In this document: positions 60,219-64,000 of the stretch, one piece after another
How positions within the stretch are numbered: position 1 is the first letter of the stretch
Layout: each line of letters begins with the position of its first letter
From: Aulosira sp. ZfuVER01
GTDB lineage: Bacteria; Cyanobacteriota; Cyanobacteriia; Cyanobacteriales; Nostocaceae
NCBI GenBank assembly: GCA_034530615.2
Contig: JAVRCV020000034.1
Location: 32,001-96,000, forward strand
DNA: 64,000 nt
Direction of reading: 5' to 3'
The notes under the pieces: generated by a model
What the model saw: the letters and a program-made list of their open reading frames with translations, nothing else
Database searches by the model: none
What the model was told of the DNA's origin: nothing
Position numbers and translations under genes: made by a program

Positions 60219-60506
60219 ATGAATTTATCAAATAAAGCTCAACTGAATAACAGTTTATTAAATCAAATACGATCTCAACTTGAGGGCATAGAAATACATG
60301 ATTCTAAGCTAGCTAGACTATTATGTAAAGTCATCCCTTCCCATTGTCCTTTTGAAAAAACTGTGACCCTTTTAGGTCGGACACTTTTTCATATCCCACC
60401 TTTATGTAAACTGAACCCTTTCTATGAAGAAATAATTGGCCTTCGCTTTAAGTGTTTATGTTATTTAGTAGATGAATGTGGTGAGGATGTGACCAAATAC
60501 TGCTAA
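60219..60506 (+). CDS. Protein with 'Mo-dependent nitrogenase C-terminal' domain (function unknown)
   Basis: CKVIPSHCPFE, HIPPLCKLNPFYEEIIGLRFKCLCYL.DECGEDV. Confidence 0.85.
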   Translation: MNLSNKAQLNNSLLNQIRSQLEGIEIHDSKLARLLCKVIPSHCPFEKTVTLLGRTLFHIPPLCKLNPFYEEIIGLRFKCLCYLVDECGEDVTKYC

Positions 60507-60811
60507 TTAGTAGTGAGTAGGTTTCCTCAACAAAAATCAGCAAGAATTTTCAGACTAGGTTTTTAGCCTGATTCTAATGCTGTTGGACAAAAGCTTATAC
60601 TGAAGCAATAACAGTAAATTCACATAAGTTGTAGATAGCTTCTCAAAAAATCCAGTATATTCTCTTATGTCAATTTAGCTTCATGCTCAGTAGGATATAG
60701 CGAAATAGAGTTAGTTGGATCTGTCGTTACTCATCTAAATGTAGTAGTTTCAGCAGACAACAACTTATAAGTATCTTTTATAACTAACCATTGGGAAAAT
60801 ATCATCCCATC

Positions 60812-60842
60812 AAAAGCCCGGTCATCATGACTGGGTTTTTTG
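60812..60842 (+). terminator. Rho-independent terminator-like hairpin
   Basis: AAAAGCCCGGTCAT-C-ATGACTGGGTTTTTTT. Confidence 0.6.
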
Positions 60843-60899
60843 GTGAAAAAGGGCAAACTTTTTAAATAGGGAACACAGCGATCGCATCGCTGACACTTA

Positions 60900-61022
60900 A
60901 TACTATCCAGTTTTGGGGCTGTGCGATCGCTAGGAGCTAACTCCTCAAATTGCTGCTTCTTTGGCTGGTTACGACTTCATCCTAGATGCCTTATCTGTCG
61001 CAAACATTTTTTGAATTGGGAT
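60900..61022 (+). mobile_element. Degenerate MITE-like element
   Basis: Shared 31-bp right end TATCTGTCGCAAACATTTTTTGAATTGGGAT; left end ATACTATCC is uncertain. Confidence 0.4.
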
Positions 61023-61171
61023 TATTTTTTAGGCTACCATTTACATAAAAAGAAGTGGCAAAGCCACTTCGTAATTCCCAGGTAGAACCTAGAAACGAGT
61101 ATAACCATTCTAAAAACTGCAAATCGTATAAATCAACACTGATTAACTGTATCTAAATATTTCAGTGCCGA

Positions 61172-62212
61172 TCATTGCAATTCCAACTCAAGCTGATCTA
61201 GTTCATCACCTAGATGAGCTAGTTTTGCCTCTTCATCAAGTAACTGCTGTTCTAATTGAAACTTAACTGCTGTTCCAGCCTCAATTGCTAAAGCTTGGCG
61301 CATCTGCTTGACTTTCTCAGTGCGGAGATTCCATTCTGCTTGTAGTGTATGTAATTTCTGCTGCGATCGCCTGCGTTGTCCGGCCGTTAAACCTAGAGGA
61401 ATGGGGCTATTTTGTCTAGTTGCTGCTTCGCCAGGTAAAAATTTACTCCCACCAGCATAGTAGCAAAGGGGAAAATTATCGCCCAAATCCAGCACCTTAT
61501 TCACAAATGGGTGTTGTGGCCCCGAAGCTTTTTTCGGTACTTGGTCAAATAAGTACACTAAAATATCAAGAATCCGAGCATAGCCATCTTGATTAAACGC
61601 AGCTTTACCTTGCAAAGCTTCTAACAAGCAATCGGTAAAAGCACTATAAGGTTGACCCGTGTAAGAATATTCATCTTCTCGTGAAGAAGCAACCACAACC
61701 CGACCGCTTCCCGTTCCCAGCACATTCAACAGTTCTGGCGGTAAGGGTGATTTCACAAACACTTCCCCTGGTTCCTTTAAAGCTGGAACGCCGCCAGCGT
61801 GACAGCAATCTAACAAAACTACCAACTTCCGCGCTGTAATTGCTTCAATTTTTTGGGTAAATTCTAAACCCGATATCGCTGTACTAATCCGTTGGCTGGG
61901 GTCGTAACCATAAGGTACAAGGAAGTATTCATTGGTGCGCTTGATGCGTCCACCGTGACCAGAGTAATAAATGATGACAGTTGCATCAGGATTTTGATTG
62001 ACTTGGGAGATGATTTGGTCAAAAGCTCCGAGGATATTTTGCCTAGTTGCTGCGGTTTCGGTTAGCAGCGTCACCTGTGCTGGTGGATAAGCAGCGCGAT
62101 TTGGGTCAACCAGTACATCTCGTAAGGCGGTTGCATCTTTGACAGTAACAGCTAAATCTGCGCCTACGCCAATGAGTAATGCATAACCGTTGGAGAAAGT
62201 TGCGTTTGTCAT
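61172..62212 (-). CDS. Caspase-family (C14) peptidase with C-terminal helical adaptor-like domain
   Basis: YALLIGV, catalytic YYSGHG and LDCCHAG; C-terminal LRTEKVKQMRQALAIEAGTAVKFQLEQQL. Confidence 0.88.
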   Translation of the reverse strand: MTNATFSNGYALLIGVGADLAVTVKDATALRDVLVDPNRAAYPPAQVTLLTETAATRQNILGAFDQIISQVNQNPDATVIIYYSGHGGRIKRTNEYFLVPYGYDPSQRISTAISGLEFTQKIEAITARKLVVLLDCCHAGGVPALKEPGEVFVKSPLPPELLNVLGTGSGRVVVASSREDEYSYTGQPYSAFTDCLLEALQGKAAFNQDGYARILDILVYLFDQVPKKASGPQHPFVNKVLDLGDNFPLCYYAGGSKFLPGEAATRQNSPIPLGLTAGQRRRSQQKLHTLQAEWNLRTEKVKQMRQALAIEAGTAVKFQLEQQLLDEEAKLAHLGDELDQLELELQ

Positions 62213-62491
62213 ACCCTGTTTAGTTGTGGTGTTGAATGCGTAGCTGCTTCGCAGCTTATGGTTAGAGTTCGCCTTTTATACTCTATAACTTGAGGGCAGA
62301 CCTCGCGCTCAATCTTATTGATGTACTGGTATAAATAGTAAGCATATAACAACTTGTCCTGGCTACACAGGAAAGCGATCTCCTTTTGCTTTTTCTAATC
62401 AATTGGCCATACTTTTGCGAGATTTAGTTTATATAGTTACTTCAAGCAGTAATTTACCATTTCCAGATCCAAGTGTTACCAGGCGCCTAAA

Positions 62492-62524
62492 AGATTCCCG
62501 GCTTCTTGAAAAAGCCGGGAATCT
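62492..62524. repeat. REP-like palindrome AGATTCCCGGCTT-N7-AAGCCGGGAATCT
   Basis: Perfect 13-bp inverted repeat. Confidence 0.75.
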
Positions 62525-62725
62525 AAGTATTTCCATTTTTCTTAGTTAAGCTTGCATAAATTATTGATCCCCGACAGATAAATATACAGGTTGGATGATT
62601 TAACTTTTTTACACATTATGAAGAGCTTGGGTTTGATCCCAATCATCGCGAATCCGATCGATGCATGAATAGCATTTCATTCTTACCAACCTGAATCAAG
62701 TTTATCTATATACAAAGAGAATATT

Positions 62726-63484
62726 ATGTTAGCTAACAACACTGATGAAGTTATCCAGTACTTAGACACTATTATTGCCGAAGCTATAGAAGAACGTAGC
62801 CGCAGAGGATTTTTTGCTGCACTCTATCGTCAAGTAACGTTGAAAGTAAAGATAGGTATTAAACATGGCTTTTTTGACGATGCAGTCAGAATGGAGGAAT
62901 TCACTACGCAATTTGCTAATCGTTACTTTCGTGCTTGGGATGATTACCAAAAAAATATTAAATCAACCCAAAGTTGGCAAATGACATTCGACGCAGTACA
63001 AAAACCAGAGTTACTAATTGTGCAACACTTACTGTTGGCTATTAACGCTCATATTAATTTAGATCTGGGTATTGTAGCTGCCGAACTTTGCCCTGGTGAT
63101 AAATTACAAACTCTACAAGATGACTTTATTAAAATCAACGCCATCCTGATTGATTTGCTTGAGCCTGTCGAGTTGGTTCTTGGGCAAATGTCACCTCTAA
63201 TTGAAATTCTGGATAAGTTTGGCGGCAAAAAAGATGAAATTATCTTCAATTTTAGTATTCGTAAAGCTCGTCAGGAAGCTTGGAATAATGCGAAAATTTT
63301 GGCTTATCAAACCCCTAATGTACAACAAGCTATCATCAAAATAATTGATAGTAAGGTAGCATTTCTAGGTCGCGCGATCGCTAATCCTAGCCGTAGCTTT
63401 GATAAAGCGCTCGACTTGATTAAAAAATCGGAGAGTGATGATATTATTACTATTATCAAGGCTCTAAATAGTATTGTTGATTGA
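62726..63484 (+). CDS. DUF5995 family protein
   Basis: GFFAALYRQVT, FANRYF, QHLLLAINAHINLDL, DF.KIN.IL. Confidence 0.8.
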   Translation: MLANNTDEVIQYLDTIIAEAIEERSRRGFFAALYRQVTLKVKIGIKHGFFDDAVRMEEFTTQFANRYFRAWDDYQKNIKSTQSWQMTFDAVQKPELLIVQHLLLAINAHINLDLGIVAAELCPGDKLQTLQDDFIKINAILIDLLEPVELVLGQMSPLIEILDKFGGKKDEIIFNFSIRKARQEAWNNAKILAYQTPNVQQAIIKIIDSKVAFLGRAIANPSRSFDKALDLIKKSESDDIITIIKALNSIVD

Positions 63485-63502
63485 ACCTATTACAAACGTA
63501 AG

Positions 63503-63525
63503 TATGGTGGGTAATTCCCACCATA
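63503..63525. repeat. REP-like palindrome TATGGTGGGTAATTCCCACCATA
   Basis: Second copy of the 4602-4624 element; both lie just after a stop codon. Confidence 0.7.
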
Positions 63526-63833
63526 AATGGATTTTTATTAGCAATAGCTACCCTATAGGATTATTACTTTTATGCCAAAGTTTTAGAATTCCTGTAATAC
63601 TCTACATTCATATAGCACACTAATAAAATTGGTATAAGTCTAAACATCAATAATGTCTGCGTGTATAAAAAGATATTTAAACGCTGCAAATAGTTTGGCA
63701 CAAATCTTTAATTCCAATGTCAGCAAAAATCAACATACTAGATTGGTTAATGCATGATTATTTTTGGCTAAAGCATAGTTTAGCAAAGGATTTACAGACC
63801 TGACATTTATTATCTTACTAGCGTAATGTAAGC

Positions 63834-63862
63834 GCGATACCTACGGTAAACTACGCGAACGC
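63834..63862. repeat. 21-nt small dispersed repeat inserted into a HIP1 site (SDR5-like)
   Basis: GCGAT + ACCTACGGTAAACTACGCGAA + CGC. Confidence 0.6.
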
Positions 63863-64000
63863 TTGACAAACATTTGTAGAAAATACTTTGCTGTTTTATT
63901 ACACAGGAGACTAAAAATTAAAAAAAAAGTATTTATATGCAGTTTGAAGTTAATTACCTGTATGTTTGTTGTGTTTAACAATGCACAAACAAATTTATGA

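Noticed and set aside
60219..60506. Nitrogen-fixation gene
   Set aside because: The domain name is historical; no nitrogenase motifs or nif neighbours

Overview
64-kb chromosomal window from a filamentous, probably heterocyst-forming (Nostocales-type) cyanobacterium. This call rests on frequent HIP1 octamers (GCGATCGC), heptamer tandem repeats, a group I intron in tRNA-Leu(UAA) and a complete beta-carboxysome locus. Core genes: trpA (5' part), ndhL, trnL, trpS, metF, the ndhF4-ndhD4-cupB CO2-uptake genes divergent from ccmK2-K1-L-M-N-O plus a CmpR-like LysR regulator, mnmE and ftrC. Conflict/defence-type genes are interspersed: a KAP NTPase-GUN4 fusion beside a Y1 transposase remnant, a Uma2 nuclease, DarT-DarG, a tandem pair of STAND-like ATPases, a DUF4011 helicase-nuclease and a caspase with a C-terminal adaptor-like domain. 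The most striking observation is at 43140-45280. A CHAT (caspase-like) protease ORF ends in an A10 tract, and a one-base slip there would join it in frame to a start-less ORF encoding a TRADD-N-like adaptor plus a HetZ-related regulator, suggesting slippage-controlled production of a protease-regulator fusion. Other notable items are a LexA-box promoter driving two unknown genes, a duplicated Uma2 leader heading a 21-bp tandem repeat ORF, nested duplications in the helicase arm, and several MITE-like elements. All family assignments come from motif recognition by eye; no searches were run.
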